Source: an uncultured Candidatus Saccharibacteria bacterium (GTDB lineage Bacteria; Patescibacteriota; Minisyncoccia; Phycocordibacterales; DATDWN01). From it: a DNA stretch of 64,000 bases. The stretch is taken from positions 6,523 through 70,522 of the forward strand of contig CAZNUU010000003.1 in NCBI GenBank assembly GCA_964576615.1, in the 5' to 3' direction. A model generated the notes under the pieces. That model was given only the letters and a program-made list of their open reading frames with translations, made no database searches and had not been told where the DNA came from. Below are positions 9,021 to 19,093 of this stretch, in pieces. Positions within the stretch are counted from its first letter, which is position 1. Each line of letters starts with the position of its first letter. A program made the position numbers and the translations under genes.

Positions 9021-9536
9021 ATTAAGCATATTTCAATTACCAGGGTAAACAACCAGATTCAAGCTGCGACTCTTAGAGTCATTTTAGAAGATGGACAAAA
9101 TTTAGGTGTCATATCTTTTAAGGAGGCACTGGATAAAGCAAGGGAGCTTGGTTTAGATCTAATTGAGATCTCGCCAAACGCCAATCCGCCGGTTGCAAAA
9201 ATCATGGATTATGGTAAGTTTCGATATGCTGAAAACAAGAAGCAAAAGGTAGCAAAAACCAAGACTCACACTGTTGAAGTAAAGAACATTCAAGTTAAGG
9301 TAGGCACAGGAGATCACGATTTAGAGCTCAAAGCAAAGAAAGCCTCAAGTTGGCTCAAAGAAGGTAATCGCATCAAAATTGATCTATTTTTGCCAGGCAG
9401 GACAAAGGCACTGGATGAGAATTTCTTAAAAGAAAGGCTTGCAAGATTACTTAAACTTATTACTGAAGAGTATAAAATCGCAGATCCTGCTAAAAAAAGC
9501 CCAAAAGGACTAAGTACGATAATCGAAAAAGCCTAA
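9021..9536 (+). CDS. infC: Translation initiation factor IF-3, non-AUG start (in-frame ATT at 9021/9030/9036; first ATG 9204 is internal)
   Basis: N-domain ITRVNNQIQAATLRV...LDLIEISPNANPPVAKIMDYGKF is in frame upstream of ATG 9204 and bounded by TAA at 9018. Confidence 0.7.
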   Translation: MKHISITRVNNQIQAATLRVILEDGQNLGVISFKEALDKARELGLDLIEISPNANPPVAKIMDYGKFRYAENKKQKVAKTKTHTVEVKNIQVKVGTGDHDLELKAKKASSWLKEGNRIKIDLFLPGRTKALDENFLKERLARLLKLITEEYKIADPAKKSPKGLSTIIEKA

Positions 9537-9552
9537 AAAACAAGAAAATATA

Positions 9553-9738
9553 ATGTCCACGAAAACAAACAAATCATTTACCAAGAGACTAAAAGTCACC
9601 AGAAGTGGCAAAATTTTGGTACGTAAAACTGGGCGAAACCATTTCAGAGCAAAAGAGAGTCGCAGATCCCAGCTTAAAGGAAACAGAATGGTTAATTTCC
9701 CAATGTCGAACAAAGATATAGCTTTTTATATAAAATAA
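9553..9738 (+). CDS. rpmI: 50S ribosomal protein L35
   Basis: Sequence family; infC-rpmI-rplT order. Confidence 0.85.
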   Translation: MSTKTNKSFTKRLKVTRSGKILVRKTGRNHFRAKESRRSQLKGNRMVNFPMSNKDIAFYIK

Positions 9739-9739
9739 C

Positions 9740-10084
9740 ATGACACGAGTTAAAGGAGCGGTACACGCACTAAAGAGACGCCGAAAAGTTTTGTTTAGAA
9801 CAAAAGGTTTTCGACATGGACGATCTACCAAGGAAAGACAGGCGAAAGAAGCAATTCTTCATGCGGGAAATTATGCTTTTGCTCACAGACGAGATAAAAA
9901 AGGCGACGCTCGCAGAATGTGGAACGTAAATATTTCATACGCACTCAAAGATATGGGTCTTTCCTACAGCAAAGTGATGGGAGGTTTAAAGAAAAAAGGA
10001 GTAAATTTAGATAGAAAAATATTGGCAACACTGGCTAAAGAAAATCCTGAAGCCTTTAAGAAAGTTGTATTACTGGCAAAATAA
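9740..10084 (+). CDS. rplT: 50S ribosomal protein L20
   Basis: MTRVKGAVHALKRRRKVL... family. Confidence 0.9.
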   Translation: MTRVKGAVHALKRRRKVLFRTKGFRHGRSTKERQAKEAILHAGNYAFAHRRDKKGDARRMWNVNISYALKDMGLSYSKVMGGLKKKGVNLDRKILATLAKENPEAFKKVVLLAK

Positions 10085-10085
10085 A

Positions 10086-10112
10086 AATTCCCGGTTAAAC
10101 CGGGAATTTTTA
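10086..10112. terminator. Bidirectional hairpin AATTCCCGGTT/AACCGGGAATT between convergent rplT and 10110..11450
   Basis: A-run upstream, T-run downstream. Confidence 0.5.
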
Positions 10113-11450
10113 TTTCAAATAGAATTCTTGCCCTGCTTCAGGACAAATTGCTTTTACATCAAGTTCGTCACGCAAGCGTTGGGCTAAAAAGGCTGAGGCT
10201 TTTGGCTCCCCCATCACCACAAACACTTGTTTTATTGTCTTTACAGTATCGGAAACCATTTCAACCAAGTGATCCGAATCCTTATGTGAGGAATAGCCTG
10301 ATATCATCTCTATCCGAGCACGAATAGGGACTACACTACCGTTTATTTCGACTTCCTTTGGTTTGTCTTGAATTCTACGGCCCAGAGTCCCGATTGCCTG
10401 GTAACCCATGAGAAGAAGGGTGCTTTTGGGATCAGGCAAGAAGTTTACTTCGTGACCAACTACTCTTCCCCCTTCCGACATACCAGAACCAGCAATAATT
10501 ATTTTTGGTCCCGCTATTTTAATTATCTCGTTTGATTCCTGATAGTTATGTACCACATGAAGTTTAGGAAACTGAAAAATATCATCACCTGATTTTATTT
10601 GACTTTGAACAGCCGAATTAAAATCTTGTGTTTCTTTCATATAAACAGCTGTAACTTTTTGAGCTAGTGGAGAATCAAGAAAGACCGGGACTTTTGGAAT
10701 TTCATTTTTTTCAACTAGGTTGTTTAGTTCATACAAAATCACCTGAGTGCGTTCGATTGAAAATGCCGGGATGAGGAGTGTCCCGCCACCTTGGATAGTA
10801 CTTAGAACAATTTCTTTAAACCTTTCATCTCTCTCTTCCTTCGGCTCGTGATTTCTATCACCATAAACACTATCTATGACTAAATAATCTGCGTCGGTTA
10901 TTTTTTCTGTATCTTTTAAAAGTGGCGAGGGTGAATTCCCGGAATCCCCCGTAAAATAAATATTTTTGCCACCGTATTTAAACTTGTACATCGCAGAGCC
11001 CAAAATATGTCCCGCGTCTTTTGGGGTAACGGAAAACTCATTGTTTATTTTAAATTCTTCGTCATATTTGACTGTCATCCATAGTTCCAAGGCCTTGTTA
11101 ACATCCTCTAAACTATAGAGATTGTCATCTTGCAGTTTCAAGGCGTCTGACAGCATTATCCTCGCCAACTCACGAGTCTCAACAGTTGAATATATTTTGC
11201 CTCGAAACCCCTCGCGAGTAAGTTTTGGAATGAGGCCAATGTGGTCCATGTGGGCGTGGGTTATAAAAAGATAATTTATCGTTTTTGGGTCATAGGAAAA
11301 AGGCTTTCTATTTTTTAGAGAGGCTTCAGCTGTCCCCTGCTCCAAACCACAGTCAACTAGAATTTTAGTATTCTTATCTTCAAGTAGAAAATTCGCACCG
11401 GTTACTGAACCAACTCCTCCGTAAAATGTAAGTTTTAAATTTTCTGCCAT
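10110..11450 (-). CDS. Metallo-beta-lactamase / beta-CASP family ribonuclease (RNase J / CPSF-like)
   Basis: HAHMDHIG motif, beta-CASP-like middle domain. Confidence 0.65.
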   Translation of the reverse strand: MAENLKLTFYGGVGSVTGANFLLEDKNTKILVDCGLEQGTAEASLKNRKPFSYDPKTINYLFITHAHMDHIGLIPKLTREGFRGKIYSTVETRELARIMLSDALKLQDDNLYSLEDVNKALELWMTVKYDEEFKINNEFSVTPKDAGHILGSAMYKFKYGGKNIYFTGDSGNSPSPLLKDTEKITDADYLVIDSVYGDRNHEPKEERDERFKEIVLSTIQGGGTLLIPAFSIERTQVILYELNNLVEKNEIPKVPVFLDSPLAQKVTAVYMKETQDFNSAVQSQIKSGDDIFQFPKLHVVHNYQESNEIIKIAGPKIIIAGSGMSEGGRVVGHEVNFLPDPKSTLLLMGYQAIGTLGRRIQDKPKEVEINGSVVPIRARIEMISGYSSHKDSDHLVEMVSDTVKTIKQVFVVMGEPKASAFLAQRLRDELDVKAICPEAGQEFYLK

Positions 11451-11846
11451 TTATTTTTTAGATACGTAACTTGCGTAAAATACACCGATTAAACCACCTA
11501 GTAGATCCATAGATAGATCACTGCCAGTATCGAGAACGTATAGCCATCCATCGGAAAGAGTAGTGGAACCGATAGAGAGTTCAAATAGCTCCCAGAGTAT
11601 TCCAACTGCCAGAACCAAGATAAGGGTTATGGATATCATTTCTCGTTTACTTATTGAAATATGGGAATAAAATTCCCCCACCACCAGAATAACCGCGAGA
11701 GCCACCGACGCTCCAGCTGTAAAATGAACTACCATGTCGAACCAAGAGATAGTCCAGTAAAAATAAAAGAAGACAGCTGAGATGTGGAGGACAGCTGCGA
11801 TTATAAGTAGAGTAAGAAAGTGTTTGAAAAGAGGTTTTTTAATCAC
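11451..11846 (-). CDS. Hypothetical membrane protein (4 TM)
   Basis: Hydrophobic helices. Confidence 0.45.
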   Translation of the reverse strand: MIKKPLFKHFLTLLIIAAVLHISAVFFYFYWTISWFDMVVHFTAGASVALAVILVVGEFYSHISISKREMISITLILVLAVGILWELFELSIGSTTLSDGWLYVLDTGSDLSMDLLGGLIGVFYASYVSKK

Positions 11847-12212
11847 CTAACAATTTTAGCAATTAAAATTCCCACAAGCTATGTGGGGATCTTAATGGGG
11901 TACGTAGATATTTCCTTAGCAAAAAGCTAAGTGGGTATCCGCAGAGACACAGATCATAAGAAGTTAATCTTTCTCACTGTGCAACGATTTGGGATTCCCT
12001 TAAAAAAATTATTCGGAAAATATCTCGTATCCCTGAAGGACATTATATCATAACAAAATAAATTTTTGATTAAGTTCAATAAGATAATTTCTCGCTCCCC
12101 TCAAGCTTCCAGCTAAGCTCTCGGCTGTCCTCGGCCGCAATTTGTCAAGAATGGTGCCTTGACAAAACCATGCTTGCGGCCTGCGGAGGCTCGAAATTAT
12201 CTTTTTGAACTT

Positions 12213-12797
12213 TTATTCATCTACACCAAAGCGCTTATAGTCAAAAATTGGTTTTTTACCAAACCAAAAATCAATTTCGTGCTCCGCTTCTTCTGGAGTA
12301 GCAGATGCATGAACTATATTGTAAACAGCTCTTTTTTCCTTGTTAGCAAGCGCTGGAGAGTCAGCAGAAAAATCACCTCTTATCGTCCCCATTTCAGCTT
12401 TAAATGGAAGGGTGTTGCCTGAAATTTTACGAACCATATCTATTGCGTGAACACCTTGGATGACCATTTTTACCATGGGTGCATCAGTTAGGTAATCGAG
12501 TAACCAGTTTCTTACTTTCTTGCCAATTTCAAGCGCATCATCCGTTCCGAGTTCGGCTTTTGGGTCATAGCCATACTTTTCGTATGTAGCTAGAGTTTTG
12601 TTACCCATTCCGACAATCCATTCCTCGTCTTTTGGATAATGAGTATCAGCTTGTTCTCTGGTAGCATGAAACATCTCAAGTCCCACTACCTTCAAGTCTC
12701 TTTGTTCCATTCGCCTGATCGTCTCACCAATGAGACCCTTTCTCACACCATCTGATTTAACCATTACAAACGTTCTTTCTTCTTTGGGATGTTTCAT
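12213..12797 (-). CDS. ndk: Nucleoside diphosphate kinase with ~50-aa insertion
   Basis: ERTFVMVKSDGV..., NIVHAS...EIDFWF motifs. Confidence 0.8.
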   Translation of the reverse strand: MKHPKEERTFVMVKSDGVRKGLIGETIRRMEQRDLKVVGLEMFHATREQADTHYPKDEEWIVGMGNKTLATYEKYGYDPKAELGTDDALEIGKKVRNWLLDYLTDAPMVKMVIQGVHAIDMVRKISGNTLPFKAEMGTIRGDFSADSPALANKEKRAVYNIVHASATPEEAEHEIDFWFGKKPIFDYKRFGVDE

Positions 12798-12847
12798 AAA
12801 TTTTTCAATAAAGAATTATTATAACCTGCCTGCGCAGGCAGGCCAAG

Positions 12848-13615
12848 TTATTTAGTTAAGACAATGGGTTTTTTGTCGGTAATCACAATTGTGTGTTCAA
12901 AGTGGCAGGCTTTTGATCCATCGTAAGTTTTGTATGTATAACCATCGGAGTCCAGAAAAATTTTATCTCCTCCCTGGGTAATCATCGGTTCAATTGCAAT
13001 AACCATTCCCGGCACCAAAAGTTCACCTTCCCCAGGATGACCTTCGTTTGGTACATAGGGATCCTCGTGAACCTTGTAACCTACGCCATGACCAGCAAGC
13101 CCCTCGCATAAACCATAGCCTAATGGCCTTATATATGACTCTATTGCATGGCTTATATCACCTATGTGTCTACCTGCTATAGCAGCTGAAATACCCCTAT
13201 TTAGGGCCTCCTTGCAGTGTTTTATCATATCCCGATCCTTCTTGGAGCTCTCCCCAACAGAGACTGTAACTGCACCATCTGTGATAAGACCTTTGTGGAC
13301 CAGACCTAAATCTAGCGAAACAACGTCACCATTTTTTAATACTTTCGGTTTCTCGTTTGGAATGCCATGAACTATTTCATCATTTAGAGAGACACAGAGA
13401 CTAGCTGGATATGCTCTTTTTGCTCCACGCGGGGTGTAACCAAGAAAGGCAGCCTTGTCATTATTTTCATCAATTAATTTTTTTGCAAAATCATCTAACT
13501 CTTTTGTCGAAACTCCTACATAAACTTTTTTAGCAACTTCAGATAAAATGAAAGCGTGGCGTTTGCCGCCCTCTTTAAGTGTTTTTACTTCTTCTTTTGT
13601 TTTAATCCTTACCAT
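12848..13615 (-). CDS. map: Methionine aminopeptidase type I
   Basis: MAP family sequence and metal-ligand pattern. Confidence 0.9.
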   Translation of the reverse strand: MVRIKTKEEVKTLKEGGKRHAFILSEVAKKVYVGVSTKELDDFAKKLIDENNDKAAFLGYTPRGAKRAYPASLCVSLNDEIVHGIPNEKPKVLKNGDVVSLDLGLVHKGLITDGAVTVSVGESSKKDRDMIKHCKEALNRGISAAIAGRHIGDISHAIESYIRPLGYGLCEGLAGHGVGYKVHEDPYVPNEGHPGEGELLVPGMVIAIEPMITQGGDKIFLDSDGYTYKTYDGSKACHFEHTIVITDKKPIVLTK

Positions 13616-14199
13616 CCCAAAGATTTCAAAATGTCAGCATGGACCTGTGGTATTGTTTGTTCACCGTCGATAGCATGAAACCTGTAGCTGCCACTCACTT
13701 TGAAGTACCCTACAGCAGGCATAGAGTCCCTGTCAAACCAATCTAGCCTTTTGACATCTTTTGCGATGTCTTTATCATCGGCCCTTCCTCTTTCCATCAT
13801 CCTCTTTTGTGACCATTCTCGCGAGACATTTATAAAAATAACATCTGCCTTTCGGCCATAGAATTCCAATGCAGTAGTAAAAGCCATGGCTTCTGGCAAA
13901 GACCTTGTTATGCCATCGAGCAGGAGATGTTCCTTACCATTCATTTTTTCAAGTAAAATGTGCGCCCACATCCAGATGGCAATAAAATCAGGTTGTCTTT
14001 CACCGTTTTGATATATTACATTCGATAGTTTGTTGGAATAATTCTGACCACGAATGAATTCCCTAAAGTTTGCACCTGTTTCGAGATAAAAAATCTCCGA
14101 GTTTGGATCTCTTTGTTTAAGAGACTCTTTTAGAAGATCTACCTGAGTTCCTTTGCCGCAACCAGAGCGACCAATAAATATAAAAGCTTGAGGAGGCAT
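13609..14199 (-). CDS. adk: Adenylate kinase (divergent)
   Basis: GCGKGTQ P-loop, LLLDGITRSLPEA (cf. DGFPRTxxQA); secY-adk-map order. Confidence 0.7.
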   Translation of the reverse strand: MPPQAFIFIGRSGCGKGTQVDLLKESLKQRDPNSEIFYLETGANFREFIRGQNYSNKLSNVIYQNGERQPDFIAIWMWAHILLEKMNGKEHLLLDGITRSLPEAMAFTTALEFYGRKADVIFINVSREWSQKRMMERGRADDKDIAKDVKRLDWFDRDSMPAVGYFKVSGSYRFHAIDGEQTIPQVHADILKSLGW

Positions 14200-14237
14200 T
14201 TGGTAATTATACCAACTTAATTACCAAATTTGGAAGT

Positions 14238-15506
14238 TTAATATTCCCGAATAGAGACCTGAGCGTCAACTTTCTTAACTAGATCAATTACAACTGAAAC
14301 AACGATAAGTAAGGCTGTGCCGCCAACTGAAACAGCAGTAATGCCAGTCACACCCCTCATAATTAGTGGCAAAATAGCAATAAGCCCCAAGAAAAGTGCA
14401 CCAACCAAGGTCAGGCGAGTAAGAATTTTGGAGATATGATCAGATGTTGATTTGCCTGGTCTAACTCCTGGAATAAATGCTCCATTTTTTTGTAAGTTAG
14501 TTGAAATTTGGTCTGGATCAAATGTTACTGCGGTATAAAAATAGGTAAAAACAAAAACCAAAAGGAAATAAGCAATGCCGTAAAACCATTGATTAGCTAG
14601 GATAGAAAGAATTGTGGATGAAACCGTTTTTATAATTGCATGAGTAGAATTTTGCAAAAATCTTAGAATCATTTGAGGGAAAAGTAGAATAGATAGAGCA
14701 AAAATTATTGGAATAACTCCAGCCTGGTTTATACGGAGTGGCAAATAAGTGGAAGTACCGCCGTAAATTCGATTCCCTCGAACTTGCTTTGCGTAAGTAA
14801 CTGGAATCGGTCTCTCAGCCTCTGTCACAATGACAACACCAACTATGACCGCTAGAGCTACTACTAGAAATGCTAGGTAAACCGGTATCTGAGAAGCATC
14901 AAAAGCAAAAAGAAGTTGTCCTGCTTCTGTTGGAAGTGCCGCAACTATACCTGAAAAAATAATAAGTGAGACTCCATTACCAATTCCATATTCAGATATC
15001 AGTTCCCCAATCCACATGAGAAGCATTGAGCCCGCAGTAATAACTAAGAGGTTTGAAGTTAACTGAAAAGCAGAAAGATGCGCAAAGACTTGCTGGCTTT
15101 GAAGAATTTTTATAAAGCTGAAAGATTGGATCAGGGCAAGTGGCACAGTCAAATATCTGCTGTACTGCGCAAATTTGAGTCTGCCAGCTTCCCCTTCTTC
15201 TTGATACATCTCCTTTAGTCTGGGAGACATAATAGTCATAAGCTGCATGATAATGGAGCTTGTGATAAAGGGACCGACACCGAGCATTACTATGGAAAGC
15301 TGAGAGAGCCCACCACCAGAGAAAATATTAAGAAGCCCAAAGAATTCGTTACTTGAGAAAAAGGCCGCAAGTCTGCCATGATCAACTCCCGGCACAGGAA
15401 TGGCAGCCAAAATCCTAAACAATACCAAAGCAAATAGGGTAAAAATGATTCTTTTTCTTAGAATCTTGTCTTCAAAAACCAATTTTAGTTTGGCTGTAAA
15501 TCCCAT
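14238..15506 (-). CDS. secY: Protein translocase SecY
   Basis: 10-TM SecY family sequence. Confidence 0.95.
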   Translation of the reverse strand: MGFTAKLKLVFEDKILRKRIIFTLFALVLFRILAAIPVPGVDHGRLAAFFSSNEFFGLLNIFSGGGLSQLSIVMLGVGPFITSSIIMQLMTIMSPRLKEMYQEEGEAGRLKFAQYSRYLTVPLALIQSFSFIKILQSQQVFAHLSAFQLTSNLLVITAGSMLLMWIGELISEYGIGNGVSLIIFSGIVAALPTEAGQLLFAFDASQIPVYLAFLVVALAVIVGVVIVTEAERPIPVTYAKQVRGNRIYGGTSTYLPLRINQAGVIPIIFALSILLFPQMILRFLQNSTHAIIKTVSSTILSILANQWFYGIAYFLLVFVFTYFYTAVTFDPDQISTNLQKNGAFIPGVRPGKSTSDHISKILTRLTLVGALFLGLIAILPLIMRGVTGITAVSVGGTALLIVVSVVIDLVKKVDAQVSIREY

Positions 15507-15507
15507 A

Positions 15508-15936
15508 TTAATTTATTGTACCACCTGCCTTCTCGATAGCTTCTCTAGCCCCACTTGAGACACTGCAGTTCTCAATTGTCAATTTTTTAGTTAATTTCCC
15601 CTCACCCAGTATTTTTACTTTGGAATAACCCCTGGTTAGACCAAGATTCATTATTGAAATCGGCGAAACTACATCTCCAGCCTTAAATAATTTCTCTAAA
15701 TTACCTACATTAATGACAAAAGGCTTTGGATTTATCGGAGTGTTTATGTTTTTACCTCGCCCCCGAAGTTTTGGCATTCGTTTTATAAAATCACGAATCT
15801 CTGGACGCTTTTTGTGACCCGCTCTAGCATTCTGACCTTTTGTGCCGCGACCAGAAGTTTTACCACGCTTAGAACCACGCCCGACTTTGATCGATTTTTT
15901 GTTTGGGTGCTGCCTTTTTATAGTGTTGAATTGCAT
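15508..15936 (-). CDS. rplO: 50S ribosomal protein L15
   Basis: Sequence family, operon position. Confidence 0.9.
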   Translation of the reverse strand: MQFNTIKRQHPNKKSIKVGRGSKRGKTSGRGTKGQNARAGHKKRPEIRDFIKRMPKLRGRGKNINTPINPKPFVINVGNLEKLFKAGDVVSPISIMNLGLTRGYSKVKILGEGKLTKKLTIENCSVSSGAREAIEKAGGTIN

Positions 15937-15940
15937 AAAA

Positions 15941-16612
15941 TTATTTTGCTGGCCTAAGTTGCGAGAGAGCCTTCACTGCTGCTTTCGCATTGTTTATCTT
16001 GTTCTTACTTCGAGAGAAGAGTTTAGATGAAACTTCCTTTATACCTGCAAGTTCCAGGACTGTTCTTACCGAACTTCCAGCCATCACACCCTTGCCTTTA
16101 GCATTCATTATTTTTACAACAGAACTAGAATATTTTGCTTCAACTTCGTGAGGAATGGTTCCGTTTTTGGTTAAGTTTACTTTTATCATGTTTTTTCGAG
16201 CATCCCTTGCAGCCTTGTCGATAGCAATTGGAGTATCCCCCGCCTTGCCTAAGCCGACTCCAACTCGGCCCTTGTGGTCTCCAATTACAACTGCCACAGA
16301 AAAAGCAAATCTTCGTCCTCCGGTTACCACACGAGTTACACGTCTAATACTTATAATCTTTTGATCAAATTCAGATCTAGCTCTTGCTTCTCTTCGAGGT
16401 GCGCCCTTTCTAGGATTTTTCTTAAACTCCCTCCTAACCGGTTCAGCTTTAACCGGTGTTGCTTCTGAAATCTCAGCAATATTCGCACTATCGGCACCTT
16501 GTGCTAATGTTTCGACCGCTTCTTCTTGGCCGACGTCAGGAGTCGGCCCTCCGACCTCTGCGAGCGTCGGAGTTTTTATTTCCATATCTGCTTTTGTTTT
16601 TTTAGTTTCCAT
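15941..16612 (-). CDS. rpsE: 30S ribosomal protein S5 with ~75-aa acidic N-terminal extension
   Basis: S5 core VVTGGRRFAFSVAVVIGD... Confidence 0.9.
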   Translation of the reverse strand: METKKTKADMEIKTPTLAEVGGPTPDVGQEEAVETLAQGADSANIAEISEATPVKAEPVRREFKKNPRKGAPRREARARSEFDQKIISIRRVTRVVTGGRRFAFSVAVVIGDHKGRVGVGLGKAGDTPIAIDKAARDARKNMIKVNLTKNGTIPHEVEAKYSSSVVKIMNAKGKGVMAGSSVRTVLELAGIKEVSSKLFSRSKNKINNAKAAVKALSQLRPAK

Positions 16613-16616
16613 TGTT

Positions 16617-16967
16617 TTAGAATTTAAGTCCGCCCGCTCTTGCTCCTTCGGCTAAAGCTCTAACGTTACCTGTATAAATAAATCCACCTCGATCAAAAAC
16701 GACTTCTTTTATTTTCTTGGCCTGTGCTTTTTTAGCTAGACTTTCCCCTACCATCTCCGATTTTTCCATCATTGTCTTACCCTTGACCTCACGAGAGTGA
16801 GAAGCGACTAGTGTTTTGCCATTCAAATCGTCGATGAGTTGCGCCGAAATATGTTTATTTGATTTAAAAACCGAAAGTCTAGGTATCTCCGGCATGCCAA
16901 AGACCTTGGCTCTGATTCGGGCATGTCGTCTTTGTCTTTGTTTTACTTTTAAATCTGATTTTTTCAT
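16617..16967 (-). CDS. rplR: 50S ribosomal protein L18
   Basis: Sequence family. Confidence 0.9.
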   Translation of the reverse strand: MKKSDLKVKQRQRRHARIRAKVFGMPEIPRLSVFKSNKHISAQLIDDLNGKTLVASHSREVKGKTMMEKSEMVGESLAKKAQAKKIKEVVFDRGGFIYTGNVRALAEGARAGGLKF

Positions 16968-16976
16968 GGATTTACT

Positions 16977-17510
16977 TTATACAGTTTTCTTACCCTGCTT
17001 ACGCTTGATAACTTCCTTCTCGTACCTCATGCCCTTGCCCTTGTAAGGTTCAGGTTTTTTAAGCGCTCTTATTTTTGCAGCAAATTCTCCGACCAATTCC
17101 TTGTCCATACCACTTATGGTAATAATATTTTTTTCTGCCGTAACTTTTAATCCTTCTGGTATTGGAACATTAACTGGATGAGAAAATCCGAGGGCCAAAA
17201 CAAGATTTACACCTTTTACATCGGACTTGTAACCAATTCCTTCCAGAATCAATTTTTTAGAGTAGGGTGTGTTTACTCCTGCAATCATATTTTTTACATG
17301 AGAAGCATATGTGCCCCACAAAGCTTTCGATTCGAGCGTAATCTCTTTTGGAAGAAGTGTGACTTCGGTTGGAGTTACACTTACCACAATCTCGGGATTA
17401 AAGTTTTTGGTAAGTGTGCCAAGAGGTCCTTTTACAGTTAAGACAGAGCCTGACATGGAGACTTCAGTCTTAGGTAGCACTGTTATTACTTTTTTTCCGA
17501 TTCGTGACAT
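16977..17510 (-). CDS. rplF: 50S ribosomal protein L6
   Basis: Sequence family. Confidence 0.9.
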   Translation of the reverse strand: MSRIGKKVITVLPKTEVSMSGSVLTVKGPLGTLTKNFNPEIVVSVTPTEVTLLPKEITLESKALWGTYASHVKNMIAGVNTPYSKKLILEGIGYKSDVKGVNLVLALGFSHPVNVPIPEGLKVTAEKNIITISGMDKELVGEFAAKIRALKKPEPYKGKGMRYEKEVIKRKQGKKTV

Positions 17511-17521
17511 TTGATTTTAAT

Positions 17522-17908
17522 TTACCAAATCTTGAACAACGCCTCCCCTCCCAGATTAGCTGCCTTAGCTTCCTTATCTGACATAATCCCCTTTGGCGTT
17601 GAGAGAACTAACATACCATAGCCGTTCTTAACTCCTCTTATTTCTTTGGCTTTTTGATAAACTCTTTTGGAAGTTTTAGAAACTCTTTCTACTCCGTAGA
17701 TTTTTGGCTGTCCATCATTGTAAATAAGTCCAACTTCAATCCACTTGGCTATTTTTTTACCTCGTTTGCCAAAAGACTTAATGAATCCATTTTTCATAAG
17801 AACATCAAGGATGGCTACTTTCATGTTGGAATAAGGAAAAACGACAGATTCTTTCTTCGAATCCGAAGCATTCTTTATTCGCACAATCATGTCAGATATT
17901 GGATCCAT
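17522..17908 (-). CDS. rpsH: 30S ribosomal protein S8
   Basis: Sequence family. Confidence 0.9.
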   Translation of the reverse strand: MDPISDMIVRIKNASDSKKESVVFPYSNMKVAILDVLMKNGFIKSFGKRGKKIAKWIEVGLIYNDGQPKIYGVERVSKTSKRVYQKAKEIRGVKNGYGMLVLSTPKGIMSDKEAKAANLGGEALFKIW

Positions 17909-17970
17909 ATTTATTATATTTTCCTAGTATCCTCCACCTAGCGATCTTGGACTTAGGAAAACTACTTTTA

Positions 17971-18156
17971 TTACCAGCTGGCTTTCTTTATTCCTGGTAT
18001 CTTACCTTCGTTCGCCAGTTCGCGGAAGCAAATTCGGCACAGACCAAAGTCTCTCATAAAACCTCTTTTGCGTCCACAGCGAAAACATCGGTTTGTAGCC
18101 CTAGTTCTATATTTAGGCTTCTTTAAAGCCCTTGCTTTAACACTTGTTTTCGCCAT
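17971..18156 (-). CDS. rpsZ: 30S ribosomal protein S14 type Z (zinc-binding)
   Basis: 61 aa, CxxC...CxxC. Confidence 0.9.
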   Translation of the reverse strand: MAKTSVKARALKKPKYRTRATNRCFRCGRKRGFMRDFGLCRICFRELANEGKIPGIKKASW

Positions 18157-18236
18157 TCTAATTAAAAATAACTCTCTCGAGTTGCGCTTTATACTAGCAA
18201 TTAGGCCATTTTAAGTCAATGCGAACGGCCGGCACC

Positions 18237-18413
18237 TTACGATGCCGGCCTTTTTCTGAGAGCCTCCTTTTCCTGGATTCCCATTCGGAACTTGTAGCGA
18301 CGATACATGAGTTTGATCTTGCTCACAGCATCGCTACGATCTTGCACTGCACGCACTGCATAGCCAACGCCTCCTGATACGATTGCGACTGTTAACGCTA
18401 CCTGAATGCTCAT
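18237..18413 (-). CDS. Small hypothetical protein, 58 aa (GC-rich cassette between rplE and rpsZ); not in ORF table
   Basis: Hand-translated MSIQVALTVAIVSGGVGYAVRAVQDRSDAVSKIKLMYRRYKFRMGIQEKEALRKRPAS; GGGAGAGG RBS; stop in loop of hairpin GGCCGGCA..TGCCGGCC (18227-18250); TTGACT-N17-TAGTAT restart promoter toward rpsZ at ~18195-18223. Confidence 0.45.
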   Translation of the reverse strand: MSIQVALTVAIVSGGVGYAVRAVQDRSDAVSKIKLMYRRYKFRMGIQEKEALRKRPAS

Positions 18414-18482
18414 GAAGAAACCTCTCCCATTTTTATATCACAAAATAAATCGTGTAAAAAGCCACATTTCTGTGGCCTTTTA

Positions 18483-19091
18483 CTACGCTGCGGCTGGAGT
18501 TTCTTTCTTCTTCCTTACCCTAGCCTTCTTTTCCTTCACAACTTCATCTTTAGTCTCAACTTTTTTAAATGGAAAACCTAGGTGTTTCAAAAATGCCTTT
18601 GTTTCTTCTTTATTTTTAATATTTGTAACAACCGTAACCGAAAGCCCGAACACATCTCGAAGATCTTCGTCCGATGTTTCCGGAAAAATTGTGTTTTCAC
18701 GAATACCTAGAGTGTAGTTACCCATACCATCAACAGAGTTAGCGGAGACACCTCGAAAGTCCTTTGTTCGTGGAAGAGCAATGTTTATTAATTTATCTAA
18801 AAAGTCGTACATCCTCTGACCTCGAAGAGTTATTTGCATCCCAACTGTATCGCCCTGTCGTATTTTAAAACCAGCCACAGAAATTTTTGCACCTTTTCTA
18901 ACCGGTTTCTGGCCTGTTATTTTTGAAAGCCTGTCTTCGATTAAATCAAGTTTCTTCTTGTCCTTACCTGCACTAATACCACAAGAGACTACCACTTTTT
19001 CTATTCGTGGAGCTTGCATAGCATTTGTATAATGAAACTCTTCTTTCATTCCTTCAAATGCTGTATTTATTTTTTGTTTAACTGATTCCAT
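18483..19091 (-). CDS. rplE: 50S ribosomal protein L5
   Basis: Sequence family. Confidence 0.9.
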   Translation of the reverse strand: MESVKQKINTAFEGMKEEFHYTNAMQAPRIEKVVVSCGISAGKDKKKLDLIEDRLSKITGQKPVRKGAKISVAGFKIRQGDTVGMQITLRGQRMYDFLDKLINIALPRTKDFRGVSANSVDGMGNYTLGIRENTIFPETSDEDLRDVFGLSVTVVTNIKNKEETKAFLKHLGFPFKKVETKDEVVKEKKARVRKKKETPAAA

Positions 19092-19093
19092 TT

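Noticed and set aside
11850-12100. Possible tRNA or sRNA in the 11846-12213 spacer
   Set aside because: No acceptor/T-arm pairing could be built; only the palindromic element at 12133-12181 reported.
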